Numbered from the stretch's first letter, positions 20,517-31,062 are shown. The stretch is DNA of 64,000 nt from Nitrospirota bacterium (GCA_963840455.1 CAWIYV010000011.1:672001-736000), one strand, 5' to 3'. Made by a program: numbers and translations. The notes: a model not told the origin generated them from the letters alone.

Positions 20517-21503
20517 TCATCTGTCATGGTCATGGTGTTCTTGATGATGCTTCCTGGCGCCATGACCCCAGTGGAAGCCCTTTTCTATAATAACGTGACC
20601 TGCTGCCAAGCCGACTGCGGCCAGGGCAGCAATGAATAATGCAAGCCATTTCCACAACGCCTTCCCTGGGCTAGGGTATCGCCATGCGCTTCTCATCGCA
20701 GTGCGGCCCTTCATAAGGATTTTCCTGGCTGTTTCACTGCATCGGCTAGCGTTTGCCACAGCGGGCCACGGCTCCCGCTTCGATTCTCGACTCTCCTTCA
20801 ACTGCTGATGCGCTTTCTCATCAGCAGGACGGTCATCCCAGTATTTACGAAACCGTCCGAACATACCGCTTGCCTCTTCCTGCTGCATTTCCCGGCACTG
20901 CCGCAGAACAGAACCCCGGCACCAGAGCATGGTTCCGCTCCATTGCGGTAGACCGTTGAGTGCGTCGAGAAACTCCTTTTTGCCCTCCACCTGCTCGTCA
21001 TACTCCCGTGGGCCGATAATGAGCATATTAGACTCGACATTGCAGAGCCCGCTCACGATTCGGTCTAATTCCTCATGCGCCTTCCACTGGATCCGGCCGT
21101 CGGCTGCAATTGTAATTTGATAGCGTCCGACACGGTATGCTCCGGGGTGCGCGAGTTCTGCGTGGGGGAGGACTGCGCGGTTCATCCTGGCAAAGGAGGA
21201 TAACTGCTCCAGCGGCTCGCCGGCTAGTGCCTGACCTGTCGCGCTGTCGAGCAGATCGCCTTCGAAACAATAAAATCGCGTCAGGGTCCAGGGAGGTAAT
21301 TTCCTCAAATGGTCAAGGAACTCGCCGCTCTGGAAGCCGTCTTCATCGTGATACTTTTTTCCAATGATGAGAACGTCTCCGAAGAGAAAGCACTTTCCGC
21401 TGCGCGCCATCGCCAGGGGAACATGCCGCTCCCATTGGACGAGAACAGCATCATACATGGTGATCCGGTAGTTTCCCAGGCGATATGATTTTTCAAGCGT
21501 CAT
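20517..21503 (-). CDS. Hypothetical protein with duplicated ~85-aa domain, C-terminal TM and His-rich tail
   Basis: Internal repeat YR.G.Y.IT...QW..H...SG.C......LIIG...EFLD.L..LP.W; ATGA overlap with kinase. Confidence 0.75.
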   Translation of the reverse strand: MTLEKSYRLGNYRITMYDAVLVQWERHVPLAMARSGKCFLFGDVLIIGKKYHDEDGFQSGEFLDHLRKLPPWTLTRFYCFEGDLLDSATGQALAGEPLEQLSSFARMNRAVLPHAELAHPGAYRVGRYQITIAADGRIQWKAHEELDRIVSGLCNVESNMLIIGPREYDEQVEGKKEFLDALNGLPQWSGTMLWCRGSVLRQCREMQQEEASGMFGRFRKYWDDRPADEKAHQQLKESRESKREPWPAVANASRCSETARKILMKGRTAMRSAWRYPSPGKALWKWLALFIAALAAVGLAAGHVIIEKGFHWGHGARKHHQEHHDHDR

Positions 21504-22957
21504 GTGCTGTTCTCGTCCCCTGTCGGCTCGTTGCTTCCCGGGGACCGGGTGCGGTTCTCAGCGATAGGAATAACCACCGTGAACCTGCTGCCCTTGTCCG
21601 GTTCGCTCTGGACCGTGATCGTTCCGCCGTGAGCCTCGACAACAGACTTGACGATGCTCAACCCCAGTCCGGTGCCGTCCATGCTTCTTACTGTGTCGGC
21701 GCGATAAAAGCGCTCGAAGATTTTCGACCGGTCGCTCTCCCTGATGCCGATCCCCATGTCACTGATGGTGATGACCGCTTTCCCGGCCTCGTGTATCGCG
21801 AAGACGGTGACCGCTCCCTTCTCCCTGTTATATCTCACCGCGTTCTCAATGAGATTCAGAAAAGCCTCGGACAGGGCGATGCGCGATCCCGTAACCAGAA
21901 GCGTTTCATCAATTTCGACGGAGAGGTTGATCTGTCGCTCGTTCGCCTGTTGCGCTGTCATGGTTATTGCGTGGTCGATACACTCCTTGATCGACACCGC
22001 GGCAAAGCCCGAGGTCGAAAGAAGCCCCGCGTCAAGGCGGGCCAGGGAGAGGAGATCGTTAATAAGTCTCGTCATACTCTTTGACGACGACTGGACCGTA
22101 CGAAGTGCGTCGATGTACTCTTCAGGCGTTCTCGCCTTCTGCAGCGCCACATCGCACTGTGTCCTGAGTACCGAGAGTGGAGTTTTGAGTTCATGAGACG
22201 CGTCGGCGATAAGCCGCCTCTGGCTTTCAAACACGGTGTGCAAACGATCGAGCATGGCGTTGAACGCCTGCGCAAGCCGCGCCAGCTCATGATCCATGGC
22301 CCCGGCATTCAGGCGGTCCGCAAGGTTCTTATGGGTGATCGTCTCGATCGTCGTAGACAGGGATTCGATCGGACGGAGCGCCGCCTTTGCGATCCTCCAG
22401 GCTGCCAGGCAAAGGACCAAAATGATCAGAGGAACGGAAACGAGCAAATATCGTTCGAACGTGGAAATCATCGCGATGCCGTCTGTCAGGCTTTCGGCTA
22501 GGGTGATATCGAAGTTCCTGCCGAAGGCCCAATATCGATACCGAAGCACGCGCACCGGTTCATCATCGGGCCCCATTGAGGTGTACATGCTCTCGCCGGG
22601 AGGTCCGTTGACCGTTGCCGCGCCGGCGGGAATAAATTCATAACCATCAGTGACCAGGGATGGTGACGCAGCAAGAACCGCGTTGTCCATCATCACCCGG
22701 TAGTAATGGCCTGATCGCGGAATGACGTACTCACCGGCTATGATGTCCGAAAGCTCGAGTTCAATCCTGCCGTGCTCTTCGTGCAAGAGCCCGGTAACCA
22801 TTTGCCGCTTGGAGTGGAGGGTGCGATCAACGGACCCAACGACGATCCCTCTGACCTCTCTGGAAAGGAAGGCTGCCGCAACGGTTAGGACAATGGCAGT
22901 GCCGAGGAAGAGCCAGGCCACGAGTCTCCCGGATATGGATCGCAGGACAAGTTTCAT
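21500..22957 (-). CDS. HAMP-domain sensor histidine kinase (heavy-metal CusS/CzcS-like class)
   Basis: Two [16 protein letters not shown]-box, N/G1/F/G2 boxes. Confidence 0.92.
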   Translation of the reverse strand: MKLVLRSISGRLVAWLFLGTAIVLTVAAAFLSREVRGIVVGSVDRTLHSKRQMVTGLLHEEHGRIELELSDIIAGEYVIPRSGHYYRVMMDNAVLAASPSLVTDGYEFIPAGAATVNGPPGESMYTSMGPDDEPVRVLRYRYWAFGRNFDITLAESLTDGIAMISTFERYLLVSVPLIILVLCLAAWRIAKAALRPIESLSTTIETITHKNLADRLNAGAMDHELARLAQAFNAMLDRLHTVFESQRRLIADASHELKTPLSVLRTQCDVALQKARTPEEYIDALRTVQSSSKSMTRLINDLLSLARLDAGLLSTSGFAAVSIKECIDHAITMTAQQANERQINLSVEIDETLLVTGSRIALSEAFLNLIENAVRYNREKGAVTVFAIHEAGKAVITISDMGIGIRESDRSKIFERFYRADTVRSMDGTGLGLSIVKSVVEAHGGTITVQSEPDKGSRFTVVIPIAENRTRSPGSNEPTGDENST

Positions 22958-23628
22958 GGCTCACCCTTGAGCACGTAGCCCGCGCCGCGCTTCGTATGGA
23001 TGAGAGGCTTTCCGAAGCCCTTGTCGATCTTGTTTCGGAGATAATTGATGTACACGTCGATGACGTTGCTGTCCCACTCGTATTCCGTGGCGTAGACATG
23101 GTCGATCAGCTCGGTCCTGCTCACCACGCGGCCGGCATTGAGCGCAAGATATTCGAGGAGCATATATTCCCGGGCCGAGAGCGGGATAGCTTTGCCTGCC
23201 CGGGTAGCGGTTTTTGCGTTCGTGTCAATGGCAAGATCCTCGACCGCTACGATCGGTGATGGTTTTCCCTTGTTCCTCCTAATCGCCGCGCGCAGGCGGG
23301 CCATTAACTCGGCAAGGTCAAAAGGCTTGGGAATGTAGTCGTCAGCGCCGAAATCGAGTCCCTTGATCCTGTCCTCTATCTCTCCTCGGGCTGTGACAAC
23401 GAGCACCGGCACATCGATCTTTTTTGCGCGCAGGGTCTTCAGGATCGTGAGGCCGTCCTTGCCTGGCAGCATGAGGTCCAGGAGCACGGCGTCGTAGGGA
23501 TAGGACTCGGCCATGTGCAGGCCTTCCTCACCATCAAAGGAGAGGTCCACGGTGAAATCGTTCTCTTCGAGCCCCTTTTTCAGGATGCGCGCTAGCTTTT
23601 GTTCGTCTTCGATAATAAGGATCTTCAT
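22954..23628 (-). CDS. OmpR-family response regulator
   Basis: [21 protein letters not shown], winged-helix RGAGY. Confidence 0.95.
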   Translation of the reverse strand: MKILIIEDEQKLARILKKGLEENDFTVDLSFDGEEGLHMAESYPYDAVLLDLMLPGKDGLTILKTLRAKKIDVPVLVVTARGEIEDRIKGLDFGADDYIPKPFDLAELMARLRAAIRRNKGKPSPIVAVEDLAIDTNAKTATRAGKAIPLSAREYMLLEYLALNAGRVVSRTELIDHVYATEYEWDSNVIDVYINYLRNKIDKGFGKPLIHTKRGAGYVLKGEP

Positions 23629-24254
23629 TGTCGTTCTAGAAGCGCTTCCGGCTGGTCGTTCCGCGTGCTTATTGTATCAGAGATGAAGAATATTTTCCTC
23701 CAGATGTGGTTGCCGTGCAGGGCATGCATGATGACCGCGCCGACGTGAAACGACAAGAACACCGGTATAAGCACCATGCCGATCTCGTGCAGCTCCTTGA
23801 CATCATGAACGAGACCCCGAGTTTTTTGCCCCGGTTCCAGGTAGAAAAACAGATAGGCGCCTGTCGCTGCCACGAAAATAAACACCAGAAGACCGAATGT
23901 CTGGACCACACCGGCCAGGCCTTCGTGGGTGCTCCGGTCAGGCATGCGAAACTTCAGCAACCCTGAAATATCCTCAAGTACGAGTTTGATCCGCGCCGCC
24001 GTGAAAGGCATCCATCGCAGAAACTGTACGCTCCGGGGGCCGATGATCCCCGTGATCAGCCTCAGACCGGCAAAGGCCGCAAGACCCATGCCGAGCCAGC
24101 TGTGGACCGTAAATCCCGGGTGCATCATCCTTTTATAATCGTCGGCCATAAGGCCGGTAAGCCACGCTGTAAGGCCAAAGGCCAGGAGACCCAAGTGGAT
24201 GAGGATTGCAACAGGGCCTAGTTTGCTGTTCTTATCATCGATTTGTCTTGACAT
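23625..24254 (-). CDS. Cytochrome b/b6 domain (Ni-hydrogenase cyt b-like) membrane protein
   Basis: Four TM with His ligands (LIH, VHSWLG, ELHE, FHVGAV). Confidence 0.8.
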   Translation of the reverse strand: MSRQIDDKNSKLGPVAILIHLGLLAFGLTAWLTGLMADDYKRMMHPGFTVHSWLGMGLAAFAGLRLITGIIGPRSVQFLRWMPFTAARIKLVLEDISGLLKFRMPDRSTHEGLAGVVQTFGLLVFIFVAATGAYLFFYLEPGQKTRGLVHDVKELHEIGMVLIPVFLSFHVGAVIMHALHGNHIWRKIFFISDTISTRNDQPEALLERQ

Positions 24255-24309
24255 GGCATTCTTCCTCCTGCGTGTAAGACGGTAACCTGCCGCGGTATTA
24301 GCTGCCGAT

Positions 24310-24693
24310 TTATTTAGACCGCTTCACTTCAACCTCGTAGGCCGTAAATGTCTTGCCCGTGGTGTTGCCTTCAACTTCTACGTAGGCCCCGGCCTCTGCT
24401 CTGCCGTGCTTTTCCTTGATCTTCGTAGTTTTAGTCACAGCGACTTCCCTGCCGTTCACGACCCATATGCCGACGAGATCCTGCGGCACCTTTTCGATAA
24501 TTCCATAAATCTTGCTCTCATATTCGCCATGCTCCCGGTACTCACCGTCACGGCGACCTTCATGATCGCTGGCCAAGGCAGCTCCAGCCGCGAAAAACAT
24601 GCTAAGCAACGCCGCGGCCGCAATAAAGCTGGCCTTACGGCATGCCATCGTAATATTCGACTCCTCAACAAAATTCCGAGTATTAGATATCAT
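24310..24693 (-). CDS. Exported DUF5666-like small beta-barrel protein
   Basis: SD AAGGAGG; signal peptide ALA-S; His/Glu linker; G.W.VNG..V.V...T.I....G.YVEVEG pattern. Confidence 0.7.
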   Translation of the reverse strand: MISNTRNFVEESNITMACRKASFIAAAALLSMFFAAGAALASDHEGRRDGEYREHGEYESKIYGIIEKVPQDLVGIWVVNGREVAVTKTTKIKEKHGRAEAGAYVEVEGNTTGKTFTAYEVEVKRSK

Positions 24694-24770
24694 GACATCC
24701 TCCTTTAATTCCGGTGAAATAGAATTCGGTTGTCCAATCCTTTGATGTTGTTGCGATACTATCACAGTGG

Positions 24771-24789
24771 AGATTAAGGGAAGATTAGA
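24771..24789 (-). promoter_or_regulatory. OmpR/PmrA-type direct-repeat box upstream of the DUF5666-cytb-RR-HK operon
   Basis: AGATTAAG / AGATTAGA with 11-bp period; TAGTAT -10 just downstream on the minus strand. Confidence 0.55.
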
Positions 24790-25118
24790 ACATCAAGCGA
24801 TACATTTACTGGTTGATTTTGAACAGTAATGAAACTGGCGGGAACATTCTGATGTTGAACTTGACTAACCGAGACAATTTCGATAAATTCCATCTATCAA
24901 AATCCGAAGAGTTGGATGCAATTAACTCATCGCAGGTTTAAATATTTCCCATTCAATTAATATTAATGTCTCGATCGGCGAAGGTATAGAGGTGTTGACT
25001 TGATAATGAATGTTCTTCTGGATAGGGACATGAGAAACCATAAAGAAGCTGGCAATTCAAGTCCTGAGCAGTGAATTAAACCCGCATCCAAGAAATCCAC
25101 TTATATTAGCTTGCTCCA

Positions 25119-25489
25119 TTTAATAATTCGTCCAATCACTTGTATTACTGTCACTACTTGCAGCGCGATCTATTTCAACATACCCTAAAAACTACCCCAA
25201 CTTGTGAATGCTAGAAAACAAAAAGAGAGCCAAATCCTTTAAGGACTTAGCTCCAGTTCCCATCTGTGTTCGATGGAGTCGATAGAGACTTTCGGAAAAA
25301 ATAAAAATATCACTGCAATATCAAATAGATATGGTGGAGGCGGCGGGAATTGAATAGTTTGTCCAACCGATTGAAATTCCACGCTGAGTATTTTGGCGTT
25401 AAATCGACATACCCCGAATTAATACCCATAAAAAGCTGGATGTCATAAGATCTTGTTGGACTAATCTGGTCCTCGGAGGACATCTATCC
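25119..25489. repeat. att-like direct repeat copy 2 (tmRNA 3' core 25331-25354)
   Basis: ATGGTGGAGGCGGCGGGAATTGAA identical to tmRNA 31274-31297; same architecture as 19205-19563. Confidence 0.9.
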
Positions 25490-25576
25490 TTTTCGGTTTG
25501 CTCTCGTGCAGAGTTTTCGTATTCTTAGCACAGAGCATGATCCTTTGATAAAACATCAATTAGATTACTGATCAGC

Positions 25577-25605
25577 TTGACAGGGGCATATCGTTCGATT
25601 ACTAT
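25577..25605 (+). promoter_or_regulatory. sigma70 promoter
   Basis: TTGACA-17-TACTAT, 25 bp before ATG 25631. Confidence 0.7.
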
Positions 25606-25630
25606 TTAAGCCACAAGGTGAAAGCTCGCC

Positions 25631-25918
25631 ATGAAGATATCATATCTGACACTCATTAATATCTTTCTATTTTGTTTTATTGCAATGGCATGCATTGCAC
25701 ATCCTCTGGAAATGTGCAATGAGACATCCGCGCCTAATTCGTCAGTATGCTCAATCAGTGACACGCTTGAGAATCACGATAATGACTCAGATCAGGATTT
25801 TGAAATTCACACCTATAAGACACGCCCGACACCTGTGCGCAGCGCCGCTATCAACAACTCGATGTTTATGCCAGTATTGGTCAGTTCCATTTTCACTCCT
25901 CCGCAGTTTCTTTCCTGA
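25631..25918 (+). CDS. Small exported Cys/His protein ending in SIFTPP (DUF2946-like leader)
   Basis: Promoter plus AAGGTG SD, hydrophobic N-terminus, Pro-Pro tail. Confidence 0.55.
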   Translation: MKISYLTLINIFLFCFIAMACIAHPLEMCNETSAPNSSVCSISDTLENHDNDSDQDFEIHTYKTRPTPVRSAAINNSMFMPVLVSSIFTPPQFLS

Positions 25919-26096
25919 TAATAATCCAGCCTCGTTTGCTATCAACGTGACACGTTTTTCGTTACGGTGAACGCCGCATTATCGTAATACAGGAATCGCG
26001 CGATCGGTGCGTGGAGAAAGGGCTCTCCTTTGACGAGTTGTTGAGCGAATACAATCCGATCGCACCTATATTGAGAATCGTCAGGAGGTTATTGCC

Positions 26097-26372
26097 ATGA
26101 AATGCCCTATATGTACATCCATTGATCTTGTTATGACCGACAGGCAGGGTGTGGAAATCGACTACTGTCCTACATGCCGGGGTGTCTGGCTGGATCGAGG
26201 CGAACTGGACAAAATAATCGAACGGTCGTACAGCCAGGTAGCACCGGCTGCTCCGGTCACCCAGCACGATGCGCGTACGATTAAGAATGAGACCGACCAT
26301 CATCATGAGGATGAGCACCATAGCGGGGGCCACAAGAGACGCAAATCATGGATGGGCGAGCTGTTTGATTAG
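26097..26372 (+). CDS. zf-TFIIB zinc-ribbon protein with His-rich C-terminus
   Basis: MKCPIC...GVEIDYCPTCRGVWLDRGELDKII, ..ELFD end; SD AGGAGG. Confidence 0.9.
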   Translation: MKCPICTSIDLVMTDRQGVEIDYCPTCRGVWLDRGELDKIIERSYSQVAPAAPVTQHDARTIKNETDHHHEDEHHSGGHKRRKSWMGELFD

Positions 26373-26383
26373 CAGTATCAGGC

Positions 26384-26411
26384 ATGAGGATGGAGACATC
26401 TCCATCCTCAT
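26384..26411. terminator. Perfect 13-bp hairpin between zf-TFIIB and DHC genes
   Basis: ATGAGGATGGAGA-CA-TCTCCATCCTCAT; no long U-tract. Confidence 0.5.
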
Positions 26412-26462
26412 ATTGACTTAACAGTCTTTCGTTCAACGCGCTTTGAGAGGAGGTCCACCAAC

Positions 26463-26960
26463 ATGAATAAAAGGCTTATTGGCCTGCTGATAGTCATGTC
26501 GATGGTTCCATTGCTTATGGCACTGGATAATCACGGCGAAAGCGAATCACTTTTAAAGGTCACGAATAACACCTATAAAAATACCTGTGGGTCCTGTCAT
26601 ATGGCATATCAAGCGGGTCTATTGCCTGAGCGATCTTGGTTGAAAATACTTAATTCCGGCGGCCACGTCGGAGGTGATGTTTCTCTTAATCGGGAAGCAA
26701 AGGCTGAAATAGAGAAATATCTCGTTCAAAACAGTGCGGATAAAATTCCGTCAAAAAGATCGCAAAAAGTATTGGCTTCGATCGGCAATAATGCTCCCAC
26801 AAGAATTTCGGAAATCCCCTATATCAAGAAGAAGCACCGTGATATCAGCGAAGATATTTTCGCTAGAAAGACCATAAGATCTCGGGCTAAATGCAGCGCA
26901 TGTCATAAGCGTGCAGATAGCGGCATATATGATGAAGAAGATGTGATAATTCCCAAGTAG
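26463..26960 (+). CDS. Diheme cytochrome c (DHC family)
   Basis: CGSCHMAY..GLLP.RSW, RISE.PY..KKH, CSACH; signal peptide; SD GAGGAGG. Confidence 0.88.
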   Translation: MNKRLIGLLIVMSMVPLLMALDNHGESESLLKVTNNTYKNTCGSCHMAYQAGLLPERSWLKILNSGGHVGGDVSLNREAKAEIEKYLVQNSADKIPSKRSQKVLASIGNNAPTRISEIPYIKKKHRDISEDIFARKTIRSRAKCSACHKRADSGIYDEEDVIIPK

Positions 26961-26980
26961 CCAAAGGAGGTCCTACAATT

Positions 26981-27544
26981 ATGGGATTCGGCAAGAAAAT
27001 AGTATACCGCGCGTGTGAACTGTCGCGTGACAACCCACGCCGGATGAAGAAAATCATCCTTTATGCCGGTGTGATATTATTGTGTTGTATCATGGTTGCA
27101 GGTCTTCTGATTTATTCTGCGATCAGCGGCTTGAAAAGCCTCGCTGCGTCATCGCCCGATCTTGACCTGCTTGCATTGCAGGAGCTTCTCAAAAATAAGG
27201 GGTTGATTCTTAGTGAGACGCAAAAGACGCAGATTATACCCCTTGTACAGAGAATGTCGCGGGAAACAGCGCTGGCCGACCGGGCAGCCTTGAAGAAACA
27301 GCTCGTTGGACTTCTAGATCCCATCCAGATTCAGAAGATGGATGAGTGGAAAACCGAGGTCACCAAAAAGGCTGGGGAATTTACCTCAACCCCGCATTAT
27401 ATCGTTTCCGTTATAGAACGCTATACCGGCATCTCGGTGAAGCCATTGAAGGGATGGATTGATGCGTTATTCTCGTGGTGGAAAATAACAAAACCAGAGA
27501 ATAACGCGCAAGGACTCAACGAGGCTTTAAAGAAGAAGGAGTAA
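26981..27544 (+). CDS. Hypothetical membrane-anchored protein
   Basis: SD AAGGAGG, single TM, helical body. Confidence 0.7.
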   Translation: MGFGKKIVYRACELSRDNPRRMKKIILYAGVILLCCIMVAGLLIYSAISGLKSLAASSPDLDLLALQELLKNKGLILSETQKTQIIPLVQRMSRETALADRAALKKQLVGLLDPIQIQKMDEWKTEVTKKAGEFTSTPHYIVSVIERYTGISVKPLKGWIDALFSWWKITKPENNAQGLNEALKKKE

Positions 27545-27566
27545 CACTAGTCCGCCGGACAATGCG

Positions 27567-30128
27567 ATGAAGATTGACACTGAAATAAAGAAATATATCG
27601 GCCTCACCACCCATGACGCCTCACGGATACTGGCGGAGGAAGGCCCGAACGAACTGCCTTCAGCAAAGCCGCGCAGCATTTGGAAGATTGCTTTTGAAAT
27701 CATGAGAGAGCCGATGTTTCTTCTGTTGGTTGCGTGCGGCATCGTCTATCTGGTCATCGGCGACCGCGAGGAAGCGTTGATGCTGATCGCCTTCGTGTTC
27801 TTTGTCATGGGCATTACGCTTTATCAGCAACGCAAAACTGAGCGGGCGCTCGAAGCGCTGCGCGATCTTTCGAGCCCTCGTGCAGCGGTCGTCCGCGACG
27901 GCTCCCGTCTGCGCATACCTGGCCGCGAGGTCGTTCGAGGAGATATCATCTTTCTGGCGGAAGGCGACCGGGTTCCCGCAGATGCCGTTGTGCTCGAATG
28001 CTCGAATCTGACCCTCGACGAGTCGCTTCTTACCGGCGAATCCGTAGCGGTCAGAAAAAGAGCCGGTACCCCGTCCGCGCCCTCTTCGCGGCCTGGCGGC
28101 GATGATCTGCCGCATGTGTTCTCCGGAACGCTCGTGGTTCAAGGCCAGGGCATAGCTCAGGTATCTGCAACAGGCGCCAGGAGTGCCATCGGCACAATCG
28201 GCACGCAACTTCAAACGGTAACCGATGAGGAGACGCTGCTCCAACGGGAGACAGGGAAACTTGTCCGAATCCTTGCGCTGGCTGTATCCGGACTATGTCT
28301 TCTGCTCTTCGTGATCCATGTGATCATACGCGGAGCCTGGCTTGACGGCATCTTGAGCAGCTTAACGCTTGCCATGGCGGTTATGCCGAACGAACTGCCG
28401 GTTGTTCTTACTATTTTTCTCGCGCTCGGCGCCTGGCGCTTGTCCCTCCAGAGGGTGCTGACGAGAAACGCTCCGGTCATAGAAACGCTGGGCTCGGCCA
28501 CGGTGTTGTGCGTGGACAAAACCGGCACACTTACCGTTAATCAAATGTCGGTCGGTATGTTATATTCGGGTGGTTCATTTCATAATGTTCAGGACTACAC
28601 CTGCGGTCCGCCGCCTGATAAATTCCATGATCTTGCTGAATTCGGCATTCTTGCCAGCCAGCGCGACCCGTTCGATCCTATGGAGAGGGCCATCAAAAAG
28701 TTCGGCGAAGAGTATCTGGCCCGTACAGAACACCTTCATGGAGACTGGCGATTGGAGCGGTCATATCCTCTCTCGCCTGAGCTTCTGGCCATGTCTCACG
28801 TTTGGCGATCACTCGACGGCAGTGACTACGTCATCGCGGCCAAAGGGGCTCCGGAGGCTGTCGCCGATCTGTGCCATTTCAGTACGGAACAGCTGTCAGC
28901 GTTGAATCAGACAGTGATGAAGATGGCCGATCAGGGTCTGCGTGTGCTGGGCGTCGCCCGCTCCCGCTTCAAGGAGGAAAGCCTCCCCGGACAGCAGCAT
29001 GATTTTACCTTTGAATTTCTCGGGCTCATAGGCCTCATTGATCCGGTGCGTCCTACGGTGGCAGCGGCACTTCAGGATTGTTATCGGGCAGGCATGAGAA
29101 TGATCATGATCACCGGGGACTACCCCGGAACAGCGCGCAACATAGCACGTCAGATAGGGCTCAAGAACCACGAGACCGTGATCACCGGGCCGGAGCTGGA
29201 TGCGCTCAGCAACGAGGAACTGAGCCGCCGAATCACCGACGTGGACATATTTGCCCGGGTCGTGCCAGAACAAAAACTCCGCCTCGTGACCGCGCTCAAA
29301 GCCAACGGCGAGATAGTGGCGATGACCGGCGACGGGGTGAATGATGCACCTGCGCTCAAAGCTGCCCATATCGGCATCTCCATGGGTGAAAGAGGCACTG
29401 ATGTGGCCCGTGAGGCATCCGATCTTGTCCTGCTTGATGATGATTTCGCCTCCATCGTCCGCTCTGTCAAAATGGGCAGAAGGATCTTTGACAACCTGAA
29501 GAAAGCAATGGCCTACCTCCTGGCTATCCACATCCCAATCGCCGGAATGTCACTGCTTCCGGTGCTTTTCAAATGGCCGCTGCTGTTCATGCCAATTCAC
29601 ATTGCATTCCTGCACCTGATTATCGATCCGGCATGTTCCGTCGTGTACGAGGTGGAGCCTCCCGAGGACGGCGTTATGAACAGAAAACCGCGCTCTCCTA
29701 ACGAACCGCTATTCAATCGGCAGGTTCTCCTGCTCAGCACCCTCCAGGGAATCGGCGTACTGATGATCTTATTCGTTGTTTACGGAGTTACACTCGTCAG
29801 GGGGCAGGGTGAATTGGAAGCGAGGACACTTGCCTTCACCACGCTTATCATCGCCAATCTCGGACTGATGTTGACGAACCGTTCCTGGACCGCGTCAATA
29901 TTCCAGATGATCAGAAAACCGAATGCCGCACTCTGGTGGGTGACGGCTGGCGCACTGCTGTTCCTCTGGCTCACCGTGGCGGTTCCTGCTGTCCGCAGTG
30001 TTTTTCGCTTTTCAGTGCTTCACAGCCTAGACGTTTTCATATGTATTATAGCCGGATGCATAAGTATTCTTTGGTTTGAGCTGTTTAAGCGCATCAGAAG
30101 CGGCAAGGCAATTCGTTTGCAGACTTGA
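27567..30128 (+). CDS. Cation-translocating P-type ATPase (type IIA-like)
   Basis: DESLLTGES, DKTGT, KGAPE, MITGD, TGDGVNDAPAL. Confidence 0.95.
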   Translation: MKIDTEIKKYIGLTTHDASRILAEEGPNELPSAKPRSIWKIAFEIMREPMFLLLVACGIVYLVIGDREEALMLIAFVFFVMGITLYQQRKTERALEALRDLSSPRAAVVRDGSRLRIPGREVVRGDIIFLAEGDRVPADAVVLECSNLTLDESLLTGESVAVRKRAGTPSAPSSRPGGDDLPHVFSGTLVVQGQGIAQVSATGARSAIGTIGTQLQTVTDEETLLQRETGKLVRILALAVSGLCLLLFVIHVIIRGAWLDGILSSLTLAMAVMPNELPVVLTIFLALGAWRLSLQRVLTRNAPVIETLGSATVLCVDKTGTLTVNQMSVGMLYSGGSFHNVQDYTCGPPPDKFHDLAEFGILASQRDPFDPMERAIKKFGEEYLARTEHLHGDWRLERSYPLSPELLAMSHVWRSLDGSDYVIAAKGAPEAVADLCHFSTEQLSALNQTVMKMADQGLRVLGVARSRFKEESLPGQQHDFTFEFLGLIGLIDPVRPTVAAALQDCYRAGMRMIMITGDYPGTARNIARQIGLKNHETVITGPELDALSNEELSRRITDVDIFARVVPEQKLRLVTALKANGEIVAMTGDGVNDAPALKAAHIGISMGERGTDVAREASDLVLLDDDFASIVRSVKMGRRIFDNLKKAMAYLLAIHIPIAGMSLLPVLFKWPLLFMPIHIAFLHLIIDPACSVVYEVEPPEDGVMNRKPRSPNEPLFNRQVLLLSTLQGIGVLMILFVVYGVTLVRGQGELEARTLAFTTLIIANLGLMLTNRSWTASIFQMIRKPNAALWWVTAGALLFLWLTVAVPAVRSVFRFSVLHSLDVFICIIAGCISILWFELFKRIRSGKAIRLQT

Positions 30129-30159
30129 GATGTTGACTGGCCATTCAATACGTCAATTC

Positions 30160-31062
30160 CTATTTCCGCAGGCTTGTATCTCCACGCCTGCAAACCAGCA
30201 CCGAGCAGTCGGCATGGCCAAGGATATTCCGGGCTACGCTTCCGAGCATACCGCTGAAACCGCGCATACCCCGGCTGCCGAGAGCGATGATTTGCGCCCG
30301 CGTTTCCCGCGCCGCCTGGAGTATCTGGTCCGCCGGATCTCCGTTTCTGATTAGCACCGCCGTGTTCCTGAACTTCTCCCGCAACCGAGTTCGTGCCTGG
30401 TCGAGGACTTTTTCGGCGTGAGCCGTCTCCGCCAGCCTCATACCTTCAGCGATCTTGTTAAGCCGTTCGTCCATCCCCGGATAGAACCGTTCGGGAATAT
30501 CCATATACGTTGAAGGCGAGACATACACAGCGGTGAGGCTCGTTTCAGGATAAAATGGTATCAGGGATAATACTTTTTCTGTTTCCTCAGCGCAGGCCGA
30601 ACCGTCTGTGGGAAAGAGCACGTTGAGTGGCCCGTCCTGTTTACCCTGGAACGGCTTGATGACGAGGACGGATTGCTCTGAGTTGATCACCACGGCCCGC
30701 GTCACGCTCCCGAGAAAAAATGAACCGACCGCCTTCATGCCCCGGTTGCCCATGACGATGATATCTGAGGCGGACCTCCTGCCCGCTGCAAGAATTGCAT
30801 CGGCCGGATGGCCCCTGGTCACTAAGGTGGAGACGTACGCCCCGAGGTCTTTCAATAGTCCGGCGGTCTCGTCTACAATCATAGGCGCCAGTTCCTCGCC
30901 GAGCTGCATCAAGGCCTTTAGGTAAGACCCACTGCTGTGGGGAACGTTAGGTATGACGTACAGCACTGTGATCTCATCGGCCTGCGAGAACTTGAACCGC
31001 CCAAGAAAACGGGCCGCGCTATCGGAGTATTTCGAACCGTCTGTGGCAAACAGTATTTTCAT
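30160..31062 (-). CDS. Tandem-domain universal stress protein
   Basis: Two USP domains (ATDGS / PTDGS, G.RG...LGSV); SD AAGGAGG. Confidence 0.9.
   Translation of the reverse strand: MKILFATDGSKYSDSAARFLGRFKFSQADEITVLYVIPNVPHSSGSYLKALMQLGEELAPMIVDETAGLLKDLGAYVSTLVTRGHPADAILAAGRRSASDIIVMGNRGMKAVGSFFLGSVTRAVVINSEQSVLVIKPFQGKQDGPLNVLFPTDGSACAEETEKVLSLIPFYPETSLTAVYVSPSTYMDIPERFYPGMDERLNKIAEGMRLAETAHAEKVLDQARTRLREKFRNTAVLIRNGDPADQILQAARETRAQIIALGSRGMRGFSGMLGSVARNILGHADCSVLVCRRGDTSLRK

Noticed and set aside
19205-25489. CRISPR interpretation of the direct repeats
   Set aside because: Repeats are ~360 bp and ~5.9 kb apart, with no 25-45-bp repeat-spacer periodicity and no cas genes.
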